Below, one piece after another: positions 9,530 through 17,670 of a DNA stretch of 32,000 nt. Position 1 is the stretch's first letter. Every line of letters starts with the position of its first letter. The stretch is from Geotalea uraniireducens Rf4. GTDB lineage: Bacteria > Desulfobacterota > Desulfuromonadia > Geobacterales > Geobacteraceae. Location of the stretch: the NCBI RefSeq assembly GCF_000016745.1, contig NC_009483.1, positions 4,830,001-4,862,000 of the forward strand. The letters are read 5' to 3'. The notes under the pieces are model-generated. The model did no database searches. It saw only the letters and a program-made list of their open reading frames with translations, and was not told the DNA's origin. The position numbers and the translations under genes were made by a program.

Positions 9530-10987
9530 ATGTCGTTGTACCGCCAACTGTCCCTTTTTATCATCACCCTTTTTCTTGTTGTCTCCCCCCTCCTCTCTTT
9601 TGCCGCATCAATCCCGCGCCTGAGCGCCCCCCCTATTGGCGAACGCTGGTACAGCGTCAACATGGGCGATGAACGGGTCGGATTTTCCCATCTGAAAATC
9701 ACTGAAACAGCCGATGGCTACGAGATTTTCAGCGAAGGGAGCGTAAAAATGCTGGTAATGGGCTTTTCACGCGAGGCTGTGGCGCGGGAAACCTATCTGG
9801 TAAACAAGGATCTGTCGTTAAAATCTTTCAGCGTGGAACAGACCATTGACGGCAGCCCGATGAAACTGAAGGGTGAAGTTACCGGCAAAGGGGTAAAGGT
9901 TGTCATAGAATCGGCCGGGAATAAAAAGGAGAAGACCCTCAAGGCAAAGGGGAAACTCCTGCCGCCGCCCGCCGTGAACCTGTATCCGTTCATGCAGGGC
10001 GCTATGCCCGGCAAACCATGCCGTGTCCAGATGCTGGATGTGGAAGGGGTAAAGGTCAAAGAGGTAAAGATCCAGGTGATCGGGGAGGAGATTCTCCCTG
10101 GCGGCGTGAAAGCCATTCATTTCCAGAATGATTTATATACCTTTGTCGATAACGATGTCTGGCTGGACGCGGCAGGGAACACCATCAAAGAATCGGTGCG
10201 TGACGGCCTGGTTGTAACCCAGGCTGAAGATGCGCAGAGTGCCGGGAGATTCATTGCCGAGGCAGTCCTGGCCAAGAAGGACCTGATTTTAGACTTCAGC
10301 CTGATAAAGGTTGATACACCGATTAAAAATCCAGGGGAGCTGAAAAAACTCGAGATCTCTTTCTCAGGTATCCCCACCGCTATCCCGCTTCTGCAAGGAG
10401 CGGGACAAAAGGGGGACAGACTGGCAGACGGCAGCGTCAGGTTCACCCTGGAAATCGCCCCATATAAGGCAAAGACATCGCCTGCCGCCTATGACAAAAC
10501 GGCATTCGCCCCCTACCTGGAGTCAAGTGAGCGGATTCTCGCGGATAATCCTGAAATAATCAGCAAGGCAACGGAGATTGTCGGAGCAGAAAAAGACCAG
10601 TTGAAGATCGTGGAAAAACTCACCAACTGGGTCGCCACAACGGTGAAGGGAGCAGTAACCGACAGCCAGTCACCACTGGAAACCCTGAAGAAGGGGAGCG
10701 GCAACTGCCAGTCACACGCACGGCTCTATACCTCACTGGCAAGGGCCGCCGGCATTCCGACCAGATTCGTCTCGGGGCTTGTCTATGCGCCTGGGCAGGG
10801 ATTTCTCTACCACAGCTGGGCAGAAAGCTACCTGGGCGAATGGGTGGCCGTGGACCCCACCTTCGGCCAGTTGCCGGTTGATGCAGGCCACATAAAGCTG
10901 GTTGAAGGTGACTCCCCCGAAGATATGTCCCTGCTGGCCGGTGTCGTCGGCAAGCTCAAGGCCAGAGTGATCGAACAGAAATACTGA
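9530..10987 (+). CDS. Secreted transglutaminase-like (Cys-His-Asp) domain protein
   Basis: Signal peptide MSLYRQLSLFIITLFLVVSPLLSFAAS. C-terminal core GSGNCQSHARLYTSLARAAGIPTRFVSG ... YHSWAE ... VAVDPT. The start is placed at the internal ATG 9530 (AAGGA upstream) rather than 9464, which has no RBS. Confidence 0.85.
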   Translation: MSLYRQLSLFIITLFLVVSPLLSFAASIPRLSAPPIGERWYSVNMGDERVGFSHLKITETADGYEIFSEGSVKMLVMGFSREAVARETYLVNKDLSLKSFSVEQTIDGSPMKLKGEVTGKGVKVVIESAGNKKEKTLKAKGKLLPPPAVNLYPFMQGAMPGKPCRVQMLDVEGVKVKEVKIQVIGEEILPGGVKAIHFQNDLYTFVDNDVWLDAAGNTIKESVRDGLVVTQAEDAQSAGRFIAEAVLAKKDLILDFSLIKVDTPIKNPGELKKLEISFSGIPTAIPLLQGAGQKGDRLADGSVRFTLEIAPYKAKTSPAAYDKTAFAPYLESSERILADNPEIISKATEIVGAEKDQLKIVEKLTNWVATTVKGAVTDSQSPLETLKKGSGNCQSHARLYTSLARAAGIPTRFVSGLVYAPGQGFLYHSWAESYLGEWVAVDPTFGQLPVDAGHIKLVEGDSPEDMSLLAGVVGKLKARVIEQKY

Positions 10988-10991
10988 CGGT

Positions 10992-11840
10992 TCATTGCTG
11001 CTTTTCCCGCAGCGCCTCCACAATCTCACGCCGTGCCTCGCCGATGGTCAGCGGCACCCTTCCGAACGGCAGACGGTCCTCGTGCTTGAGCCGGTAGATC
11101 AGCTCGGCAATATGCGGCAGCCTGAGCTTGACGTTCGCCATCTCCTCCGGCGCGGTGAAGACCTCCTCCGGCGCCCCGCCCCGCACGACCCTACCCTTGC
11201 TCAAGATATGGAGCCGATGGAGAAAGATCGGCACCAGGTCCACACTGTGGGTCGCCATGACGATGGTGACCCCGTTTTCCCGGTTGAGCCTGGTCAGGAG
11301 TTCCATCATCCGATATTCCCCCATGGGATCAAGACCGGCGGTCGGCTCGTCCAGGAGAAGTATCTCATGCCCCATGGCCAGGAGACCGGCGATACAGACC
11401 CGCTTCTTCTGCCCGTAGCTCATGGCATGGATATTCTTCCCCCCATACTCGGCCATCTCCACCCCCGCAAGGGCCTCCTCCACCCGCCGCTTCACCTCCG
11501 ACTCTTCAAATCCCATGTTGCGCGGGCCGAAGGCCACATCCTCGAAAACGTTATGGGCGAAAAGCTGGTCGTCCGGGTTCTGGAACACCAACCCCACCTT
11601 GCGGTAGATGTCGCGGGGATGTAGGCGCCGCACGTCCTGGCCGTCCAGCAACACCTGGCCTGTGTAATCCTTGATCAACCCGTCCATGATCTTTAATAGT
11701 GTAGTCTTCCCCGAGCCGTTTGAGCCAAGAATGCCGGTGAATTCCCCCTTCTGCACATCGAGACGGATATCGGCAAGGGCAACGGTGCCGTCAGGATATT
11801 TGAATGCTTCTAAATTGACTGAAATCCTAATAGTATTCAA
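10992..11840 (-). CDS. cbiO: Cobalt ECF transporter ATPase component CbiO
   Basis: Walker A GSNGSGKTT, signature MSYGQKKRV and Walker B LLLDEPTAGLD. Last gene of the riboswitch-controlled cbiMNQO set. Apparent TTG start. Confidence 0.88.
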   Translation of the reverse strand: MNTIRISVNLEAFKYPDGTVALADIRLDVQKGEFTGILGSNGSGKTTLLKIMDGLIKDYTGQVLLDGQDVRRLHPRDIYRKVGLVFQNPDDQLFAHNVFEDVAFGPRNMGFEESEVKRRVEEALAGVEMAEYGGKNIHAMSYGQKKRVCIAGLLAMGHEILLLDEPTAGLDPMGEYRMMELLTRLNRENGVTIVMATHSVDLVPIFLHRLHILSKGRVVRGGAPEEVFTAPEEMANVKLRLPHIAELIYRLKHEDRLPFGRVPLTIGEARREIVEALREKQQ

Positions 11841-11855
11841 AACAAAACCTTTTAT

Positions 11856-11942
11856 GGGACACAGATTTTCAAGATGAACGCAGATTTAAAGACTCAAGCC
11901 AAATCCTATGATTTCGCTTTAATCCGCGTCAATCTGCGTCCC
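11856..11942. repeat. REP/MITE-like imperfect palindrome in the cbiQ-cbiO spacer
   Basis: GGGACACAGATT (11856-11867) pairs with AATCTGCGTCCC (11931-11942). The inner arms AACGCAGATTTAAAG and CTTTAATCCGCGTC also pair. The element is built from ACGCAGATT-type subrepeats. Confidence 0.5.
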
Positions 11943-11957
11943 GCCATGTTTTGATCA

Positions 11958-12716
11958 TTAAATCGTCCGCCAAACGATACCCATACCAACAACAAACAAC
12001 AAGGAAAGAATAATCTCTGCGGCTCTGAACGGCTTCTGCTTCAGCATCGGCATGGTGCCGTCATAACCACGTTGGACCATGGCGGTGGTGACGGTCTGGC
12101 TGTTGTCGAACGCCTTGATGACCAGCGTCCCCGCCAAGGTGCCGAAGGAACGCAGCCCCCGCCGGTAGCCGACATAGCCGAGCCGGTTCTTCTGGGCGCT
12201 GTAGACCACTTGGGCGTCATCGAAGAGGACGAACAGGTAGCGCCAGGCAAACAGGGCGATCTCGATGAACCCTCGCGGCACCCTTAGCCACGCCAGGGCT
12301 GCCATCAGGTCGGTAAAAGAAGTGGAAAAGCCCAACAGCGCCACCACAGAGACCGCGCCGGCGATCCTTGAGGCGATCCGGCACCCCTCCGCGAGGCCGT
12401 CCCGGTAGCCGATGATCTCGTATCCAAGGAGATCGACGGCGAAGAGCGGCGCCTTCCCGCTGAAGAAGGTCTTGAGGATCACCACCATCACCGCGATGAA
12501 GAGCGGCTCTGCAAAACGTACCGTCAAGAGCTTCAGCCGCACCCCCATCCCCAGGCAGAGCGCCACGCACATCCCCGCCACGAGGAGCGGGAAGGCGACC
12601 CCCTTGCAGCTCAACACCATTACCAGGAGCGCCAGGGCGCAAAGGAGCTTCACACGGGCGTCGAGGCGGGTGAGCGGATTGTCAGCGGCATGTGAGTGTC
12701 GAGTGAAATGGTGCAT
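11958..12716 (-). CDS. cbiQ: Cobalt ECF transporter transmembrane (T) component CbiQ
   Basis: Polytopic membrane protein with the LTRLDARVKLL N-terminal motif typical of CbiQ/EcfT. It lies between cbiN and cbiO. The start is placed at MHHFTRH (12716) with an AGGGA RBS. Confidence 0.85.
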   Translation of the reverse strand: MHHFTRHSHAADNPLTRLDARVKLLCALALLVMVLSCKGVAFPLLVAGMCVALCLGMGVRLKLLTVRFAEPLFIAVMVVILKTFFSGKAPLFAVDLLGYEIIGYRDGLAEGCRIASRIAGAVSVVALLGFSTSFTDLMAALAWLRVPRGFIEIALFAWRYLFVLFDDAQVVYSAQKNRLGYVGYRRGLRSFGTLAGTLVIKAFDNSQTVTTAMVQRGYDGTMPMLKQKPFRAAEIILSLLFVVGMGIVWRTI

Positions 12717-12737
12717 GATTCCCTTTGGAAGCACAGA

Positions 12738-12763
12738 GCTGCAGGGGCCGGAGCCCCTGCAGC
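12738..12763. other. Perfect 11-bp GC-rich hairpin in the cbiN-cbiQ spacer
   Basis: GCTGCAGGGGC-cgga-GCCCCTGCAGC. No U-tract follows it on the minus (mRNA) strand. Confidence 0.6.
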
Positions 12764-12772
12764 ACAACAAAA

Positions 12773-13117
12773 TCAAGCGCTGCCCTTCTGTTTCTCGGGA
12801 GCTTTTTCAGCCACAAGCATCCGCCAGTAGTACCCGGCCGCGAATCCACCGACTGCGCCTGCAAGGAGAAACACGAACAGAAGGAGGTCCCCCTGGTCGG
12901 TGTTGATAAAAGGCTCCCGCGCCTCGCGACCGTGTTCCCTGGCCATCTTCTCGACGACCGACTCGTCCACGCCGGTCCACTTTTCAGCGCTGGAAGCGGA
13001 GGACGAAGGGGTGAAAGCGCAGGGCAACAGAAAGAAAATCAACGCAAGCATGTAGGAGCGGCACTCTCGCCATACTCCTGCCGATCCCCGAACCCTGATT
13101 CCTTTTTCCTGACTCAT
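12773..13117 (-). CDS. cbiN: CbiN-like small membrane component of the cobalt transporter
   Basis: N-terminal TM helix, GVDESVVEKM...EPFI...GDLLLFVFLLAGAVGGFAAGYYW. This matches the two-TM CbiN pattern (G-x-D, then a C-terminal glycine-rich TM). ATGA overlap with the cbiM stop. An alternative start at MLALIFF (13051) is possible. Confidence 0.6.
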   Translation of the reverse strand: MSQEKGIRVRGSAGVWRECRSYMLALIFFLLPCAFTPSSSASSAEKWTGVDESVVEKMAREHGREAREPFINTDQGDLLLFVFLLAGAVGGFAAGYYWRMLVAEKAPEKQKGSA

Positions 13118-13869
13118 GCCGCCACCTCCTCTGCCTTCACTACTTTCATTTTTACCAGCAGATCCGGCCTCTTCCTGTACAAGAGCACCACCATCCCGCC
13201 GGTCATCGCCCCTTCCAGGATGCCCAAGGGCAATTGGGTCGGGATGAAGGCGAGGAGAATCTTCCAGAAGAGGGGAAGAAACGGCTCATCACCACGGATG
13301 CCGGAGGCAAGTTCCACAGAGGTGGTCAGGTAGGTGCCCCAGTCGGCTGCAATCCCACCGGCAAAGCCGGCCACCCCCAGACCAACCCTCATCCTGCGCA
13401 TCCCCCGGAAGACGAGCCAGCCGGCGAAGGAACCGACCACCCCCATGGAGACGATGTCCGCCCCCCAGGTGGAAAGCCCCCCGTGGGCGAGGAAGAGGGC
13501 CTGGATGAGGAGCGCCACGGCGGTAATGAGGATACTCACAAGCGGGCCGACCAGGATTGCCGCGAGTCCTGTGCCGCAGGGATGGGAGCAGGTGCCGGCG
13601 GTGGGGACCGGGACCGGCATGCAGGAGATGATGAAAACCACCGCCGCCATCAGCCCCACGAGGGGCTTGAAGGAAAGGTCCTCCTGCGCCAGGGCGTTTA
13701 GCCGCCGGATACCCAGCGCCACGAACGGTACCGCCAGGGCGAACCAGAGAGCCGCCCAGTTGAAGGGGAGAATCCCCTCGGAGATGTGCATGGCACGGGC
13801 GGAGCTTGCGAACAATAGAGTTGCAGCAAGCGTTGTCAAACAGACAGAAGATATTTTATCTACATTCAT
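13114..13869 (-). CDS. cbiM: Cobalt ECF transporter substrate-capture component CbiM (with cleavable leader)
   Basis: The leader MNVDKISSVCLTTLAATLLFASSARA is followed by MHISEGILP, the conserved CbiM/NikM N-terminus. RBS AGGAG lies 7 nt upstream of the ATG at 13869. Confidence 0.9.
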   Translation of the reverse strand: MNVDKISSVCLTTLAATLLFASSARAMHISEGILPFNWAALWFALAVPFVALGIRRLNALAQEDLSFKPLVGLMAAVVFIISCMPVPVPTAGTCSHPCGTGLAAILVGPLVSILITAVALLIQALFLAHGGLSTWGADIVSMGVVGSFAGWLVFRGMRRMRVGLGVAGFAGGIAADWGTYLTTSVELASGIRGDEPFLPLFWKILLAFIPTQLPLGILEGAMTGGMVVLLYRKRPDLLVKMKVVKAEEVAA

Positions 13870-13959
13870 TGTGTGCTCCTTTGAGGTTATTTCCGAACAT
13901 CGCTTCCCTCGCATAAGGAAATATCCTCATAGTCGCAGCGGATACGCACTGCTTCCCAT

Positions 13960-14160
13960 AAAACCCCCTTGTTCCCCTCGGTCGGAGTGGTTTTTTCACC
14001 TTCCAGCCAGGTCTCCTGGCTTGGGGATCATCCCGCCTGCCGCGCCTTCCCGTCATCAGACAGTGGCATCTCTGCGGCATCGGTCCCCCTTTACAGTTGC
14101 GGGGCAGCACCGGTCTTGCACCGGTTTCCCTTGACTGAAAGGTCGTTGTTTCAATTTTAA
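13960..14160 (-). promoter_or_regulatory. Cobalamin (B12) riboswitch upstream of cbiM
   Basis: The minus strand reads AGGGAAACCGGTGCAAGACCGGTGCTGCCCCGCAACTGTAA ... GCCACTG ... GGGAAGGCG ... AGCCAGGAGACCTGGC (B12 box). Confidence 0.9.
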
Positions 14161-14208
14161 ATTTCCGGTTTCCTCTGTGGAGCTCTGCCTCCTGATGAAA
14201 GAACCTTC

Positions 14209-15516
14209 TTAAACCTTGTCCCCGCGCAGATCCCCGGCAAACAGCTTCCCCGCGCCCCTTGAGGCGCAGAAATCGCCGCACATGGTGCAGGTGTCCTCGT
14301 CCTCGGGGGTGCGGCTGGCGCGGACCGATCGTGCATCTTCCGGGTAGAGTGCCAGTTCGAACTGCTTTTCCCAGTTGAGATCCCGGCGCGCCTTGGACAT
14401 CTCCTTGTCCCGGCTACGCCCCTTCTCCGGATACTTGTTCATGTCGCCGATGTAGGCGGCTATTTTCGCCGTCTTCACCCCCTGGCGCACATCCTCCTCG
14501 TTGGGAAGCGCCAGGTGCTCGGCCGGGGTGATGTAGCAGATCAGGTCGGCGCCGAAACGGGACGACTGGGCGGCACCGATGGCCGCGGTGATATGGTCGA
14601 AGCCGGGGGCCACGTCGGTGGCAATGGGGCCGAGCATGTAATAGGGGGCGCCGCCGCTCATCCGCTTCTGCAGCTGGATGTTCCCCTCGATCTCGTCCAG
14701 GGGCACGTGTCCCGGCCCTTCGACCAGCATCTGGCACCCCATGTCACGGCCGATCTCGGCCAGTTCGCAGTTGATGAGAAGCTCCTGGATCTGGGCCCGG
14801 TCGGAGGAGTCGTGGATCGCCCCGGCCCGCAGGCCGTTCCCCAGGGAGAGGACCGTGTCGTACTTCTTGAGAATGCCGACCACCCGGTCGAATCGCTCGT
14901 AGAGGGGGTTTTCACGTTTATTGGCGAGCATCCAGGCGACCATGCTCACCCCACCCTTGGAGACCAGTCCGCCGTAGCGGTAGCCCTGTTTCCGCAGCCG
15001 TTCGATGGTATAGAGGTTGATGCCGCAATGGACCGCCATGAAAGCCATGCCGTCCTCGCATTGCTTTTCGATCAGGTCGAAGAGCAGCTCCTCGTCCAGC
15101 TTGTTCGGATCGCCGTACTTGCGCGCCGCCTCGCAGAAGGCCTGGTAGAGGGGAACGTTCCCCACGGGGAGGTCGACGGCCGTAATCACCTCGCGCCTTA
15201 CCCGGTCCAGGTCGCCGCCGACGGATAGCTCCATCAGGGTGTCGGCCCCGGATTCCTGGGCGGCCCGCGCTTTGCGCACCTCCGCCGCATAGTCGACGAT
15301 GTCCGAAGATGTGCCGATGGAAGCGTTGACCTTGGTGGAGAGCCCCTTGCCGATGCCGACCGCCCGCGGCTGGCGGTTATGGTTCCAGGGGATGACAATC
15401 TTCCCCTCCGCCACCATCTGGCGTACGTATTCCGGGGTAACCCCTTCTCCATTGGCAACGGTTGTCATCTGGGGGGTGAGGACCCCCTGGCGGGCGAGTT
15501 CGATCTGGGTTTTCAT
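14209..15516 (-). CDS. bzaF: ThiC-family radical SAM enzyme; by context 5-hydroxybenzimidazole synthase BzaF rather than thiamine ThiC
   Basis: ThiC-like throughout, with the C-terminal CTMCGDFC cluster motif. Last gene of the cobU-cobT-cobS-cobC-cbiA operon. No TPP riboswitch in the 90-bp upstream spacer. Start is MKTQIELARQG (15516) with RBS AAGGAG. Confidence 0.75.
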   Translation of the reverse strand: MKTQIELARQGVLTPQMTTVANGEGVTPEYVRQMVAEGKIVIPWNHNRQPRAVGIGKGLSTKVNASIGTSSDIVDYAAEVRKARAAQESGADTLMELSVGGDLDRVRREVITAVDLPVGNVPLYQAFCEAARKYGDPNKLDEELLFDLIEKQCEDGMAFMAVHCGINLYTIERLRKQGYRYGGLVSKGGVSMVAWMLANKRENPLYERFDRVVGILKKYDTVLSLGNGLRAGAIHDSSDRAQIQELLINCELAEIGRDMGCQMLVEGPGHVPLDEIEGNIQLQKRMSGGAPYYMLGPIATDVAPGFDHITAAIGAAQSSRFGADLICYITPAEHLALPNEEDVRQGVKTAKIAAYIGDMNKYPEKGRSRDKEMSKARRDLNWEKQFELALYPEDARSVRASRTPEDEDTCTMCGDFCASRGAGKLFAGDLRGDKV

Positions 15517-15605
15517 AGACACTCCTTTTATTTTTGCCGCAGAGGCGCAAGTTCCGGGGAAAATCAATGATACGTTTTTTGTTTTCTCCATGTCTCCGTG
15601 GCAGA

Positions 15606-16988
15606 TTAGTTCTTGTATTTTTTGCAGTTCTCGACAAAGGTCCGGGCAAGGTCGGGGCAGCTGCCGAAGTGGAGGTGGATATAGGAGGCGAGGCAATTCT
15701 TAAAGCGAAACCCTTCCAGCCCCAGGTCGTTGCCCCCTTTGCGGACCTGGTAGCCTCGTTCCACGTGTGCCGGCATCCCCTCCATCTCCGAGTAGTGGAA
15801 TTCGTGACCCCTGGCCACGGTCCCCCGCGGGCCAATGATGGAATCGGCAACGGTTTCGATCTCCCGGTAACCGAGGGCCTTGCGCCGCGGCAGCATACGG
15901 GTGGTGACCGGAAAGATACCGACCAGTTCATGCAGGGAAGCGGCTTCGCATTTTGCATCGACTACGCCCCGGGTAAGATAGATAAAGCCGCCGCATTCTG
16001 CGTATGCCGGCATCCCGGCTTCAATGGCAGCACGGACCGCATCCCTCATGGCCCCATTGGCGGCCAGGGTGTCGGCAAAAACCTCCGGATAGCCGCCGGG
16101 AAGATAGATACCGCACACATCGTCAGGCAGGTGCTCGTCCAAAAGCGGCGAAAATTCCACGATCTCCGCCCCAGCCTCGCGCAAGAGCCGCAGGTTGTCC
16201 TCGTAGACAAAGCTGAAAGCGGCATCACGGGCCAGGGCAATCCGGACAACTTCCGGCTGTCCGGGTCCCTTTCTGTTGCCGTTTGCGGCTTCCAGCGACC
16301 AGCGCTGGGTGGCTACGGACCAAAGCATTCCCATATCCACCGAGGTGCGAATGGTCTCCACAAGGAGGTCAAGAAACTCCGGCGCCAAAGAATTTTCGTC
16401 TGCCGTCAGAAGACCCAGATGGCGGGAAGGTATATGCAACATCTCATCCCGTGGAATGCAGCCAAGGACCTTCACCGCCGGCAGAGAGCCCTCAACCGCC
16501 TCCCGCAGAATGCGGCCGTGGTTGTCGCTCGCCACATTGTTGAATATCACCCCGGCAAGGTTCAGCTCGGGATCGAACTCGGCAAAACCCTTTACCATCG
16601 CCGCAGCACTCCTGGCCATGCTCTTCGCATCGACGACGAGTATGACCGGTGAGCCGGTAAGCCTGGCGATCTGCGCGGTGCTCCCCTCGTCCCCGGCTCC
16701 GCTGATCCCATCGTAGAGACCCATAACCCCCTCGATAACGGCAATATCGGCGTCCTGAACATGACGGGCAAACGTTTCGCGCACGAACCCCGCCCCGCAC
16801 ATCCAGCCGTCCAGGTTGATCGATGGACGACCGGCCACCAGCCGGTGGTAGCCGGGATCGATAAAATCCGGACCGACCTTGAAGGGAGCGACCTTGAGCC
16901 CGCGCCTCCGCAAGCACTCCATGATGCCGAGAGTGACGGTGGTTTTTCCCGAGCCGCTGTACGGCGCTGCGATGATGATGGATTTCAT
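15606..16988 (-). CDS. cbiA: Cobyrinate a,c-diamide synthase
   Basis: N-terminal P-loop APYSGSGKTTVTLG and a C-terminal glutamine amidotransferase region with ECGG. The start is placed at MKSIIIAAP (16988). Confidence 0.9.
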   Translation of the reverse strand: MKSIIIAAPYSGSGKTTVTLGIMECLRRRGLKVAPFKVGPDFIDPGYHRLVAGRPSINLDGWMCGAGFVRETFARHVQDADIAVIEGVMGLYDGISGAGDEGSTAQIARLTGSPVILVVDAKSMARSAAAMVKGFAEFDPELNLAGVIFNNVASDNHGRILREAVEGSLPAVKVLGCIPRDEMLHIPSRHLGLLTADENSLAPEFLDLLVETIRTSVDMGMLWSVATQRWSLEAANGNRKGPGQPEVVRIALARDAAFSFVYEDNLRLLREAGAEIVEFSPLLDEHLPDDVCGIYLPGGYPEVFADTLAANGAMRDAVRAAIEAGMPAYAECGGFIYLTRGVVDAKCEAASLHELVGIFPVTTRMLPRRKALGYREIETVADSIIGPRGTVARGHEFHYSEMEGMPAHVERGYQVRKGGNDLGLEGFRFKNCLASYIHLHFGSCPDLARTFVENCKKYKN

Positions 16989-17067
16989 AATAAAACCTGT
17001 GAATGAGAATATGAGGAAATGGGGGATGTTCCACATTCTCTCATCCGCCCATCTCCCCATATGCGCA

Positions 17068-17670
17068 TTAGCCGTTGAGTAGCTTCACGACTGCCTTGCC
17101 GTCCTCGTAGTAGTCGATGACGTTGAAACCGCAGTAGCTCTGCTCGACATTGAACAGGGCCGACAGCGGCGCGCCGATGGCGTTGAGGAGAATGAGCCGG
17201 TTGACCCCGCCGTGGGCCACAATGAGCACATTTTCTCCCCGGTGGCGGGCGACGATATCGCTGACGACCGGCATCACCCGGTTGTTCACGTCAAGCAGGT
17301 TCTCACCTTCGGGAACCCGGTAGTTCACGATGTCGTTCAGCCGCGCCTGCCACTCTGTCGGGTATTTCTCCATCAGTTCGTTCCAGGTCTTCCCCTCCCA
17401 GATGCCGACGTTCAGTTCGCGCAGCTCTCTATGTTTTACCGGTTTCACGCCAAGGTGGCTGCCGAGCAGCTCCGCCCCCATGACGCAGCGTGTCAGATCG
17501 CTCGTGTAGCAGGCGCTGATTTCAATCCCGGCAAAGCGCTCTTTGAGCATTTCATACTGGGCCATTCCATGGGGAGTCAGCGCCACATCGGCATGGCCGT
17601 TATAGCGGCGTGTGCCGGCCCCCACCACCTCGCCGTGGCGGATCAAGTAAATGCGTGTTTTTGCAGTCAT
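17068..17670 (-). CDS. cobC: Alpha-ribazole phosphatase (histidine phosphatase family)
   Basis: RIYLIRHGE catalytic motif and a later AHGG. ATGA overlap with the cobS stop. Located between cobS and cbiA. Confidence 0.8.
   Translation of the reverse strand: MTAKTRIYLIRHGEVVGAGTRRYNGHADVALTPHGMAQYEMLKERFAGIEISACYTSDLTRCVMGAELLGSHLGVKPVKHRELRELNVGIWEGKTWNELMEKYPTEWQARLNDIVNYRVPEGENLLDVNNRVMPVVSDIVARHRGENVLIVAHGGVNRLILLNAIGAPLSALFNVEQSYCGFNVIDYYEDGKAVVKLLNG

Noticed and set aside
12717-12776. Longer cbiQ start (TTG at 12776, overlapping the cbiN stop), and other ORF-track N-terminal extensions (activator 8912, cbiM 13914, cbiA 17060, cobC 17736, cobU 20223, regulator 24199, DUF2442 28682)
   Set aside because: In each case an internal ATG has a proper Shine-Dalgarno sequence and restores the conserved family N-terminus, or gives an ATGA coupling overlap. 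The extensions have odd composition or would cross hairpins or promoters.
14209-15696. Annotating the ThiC-family gene as thiamine-biosynthesis thiC, and using the 495-aa ORF-track start
   Set aside because: No TPP riboswitch precedes it and it is embedded in the cobamide operon. The 60-aa N-terminal extension has no homology signature, while MKTQIELARQG has a perfect AAGGAG RBS.
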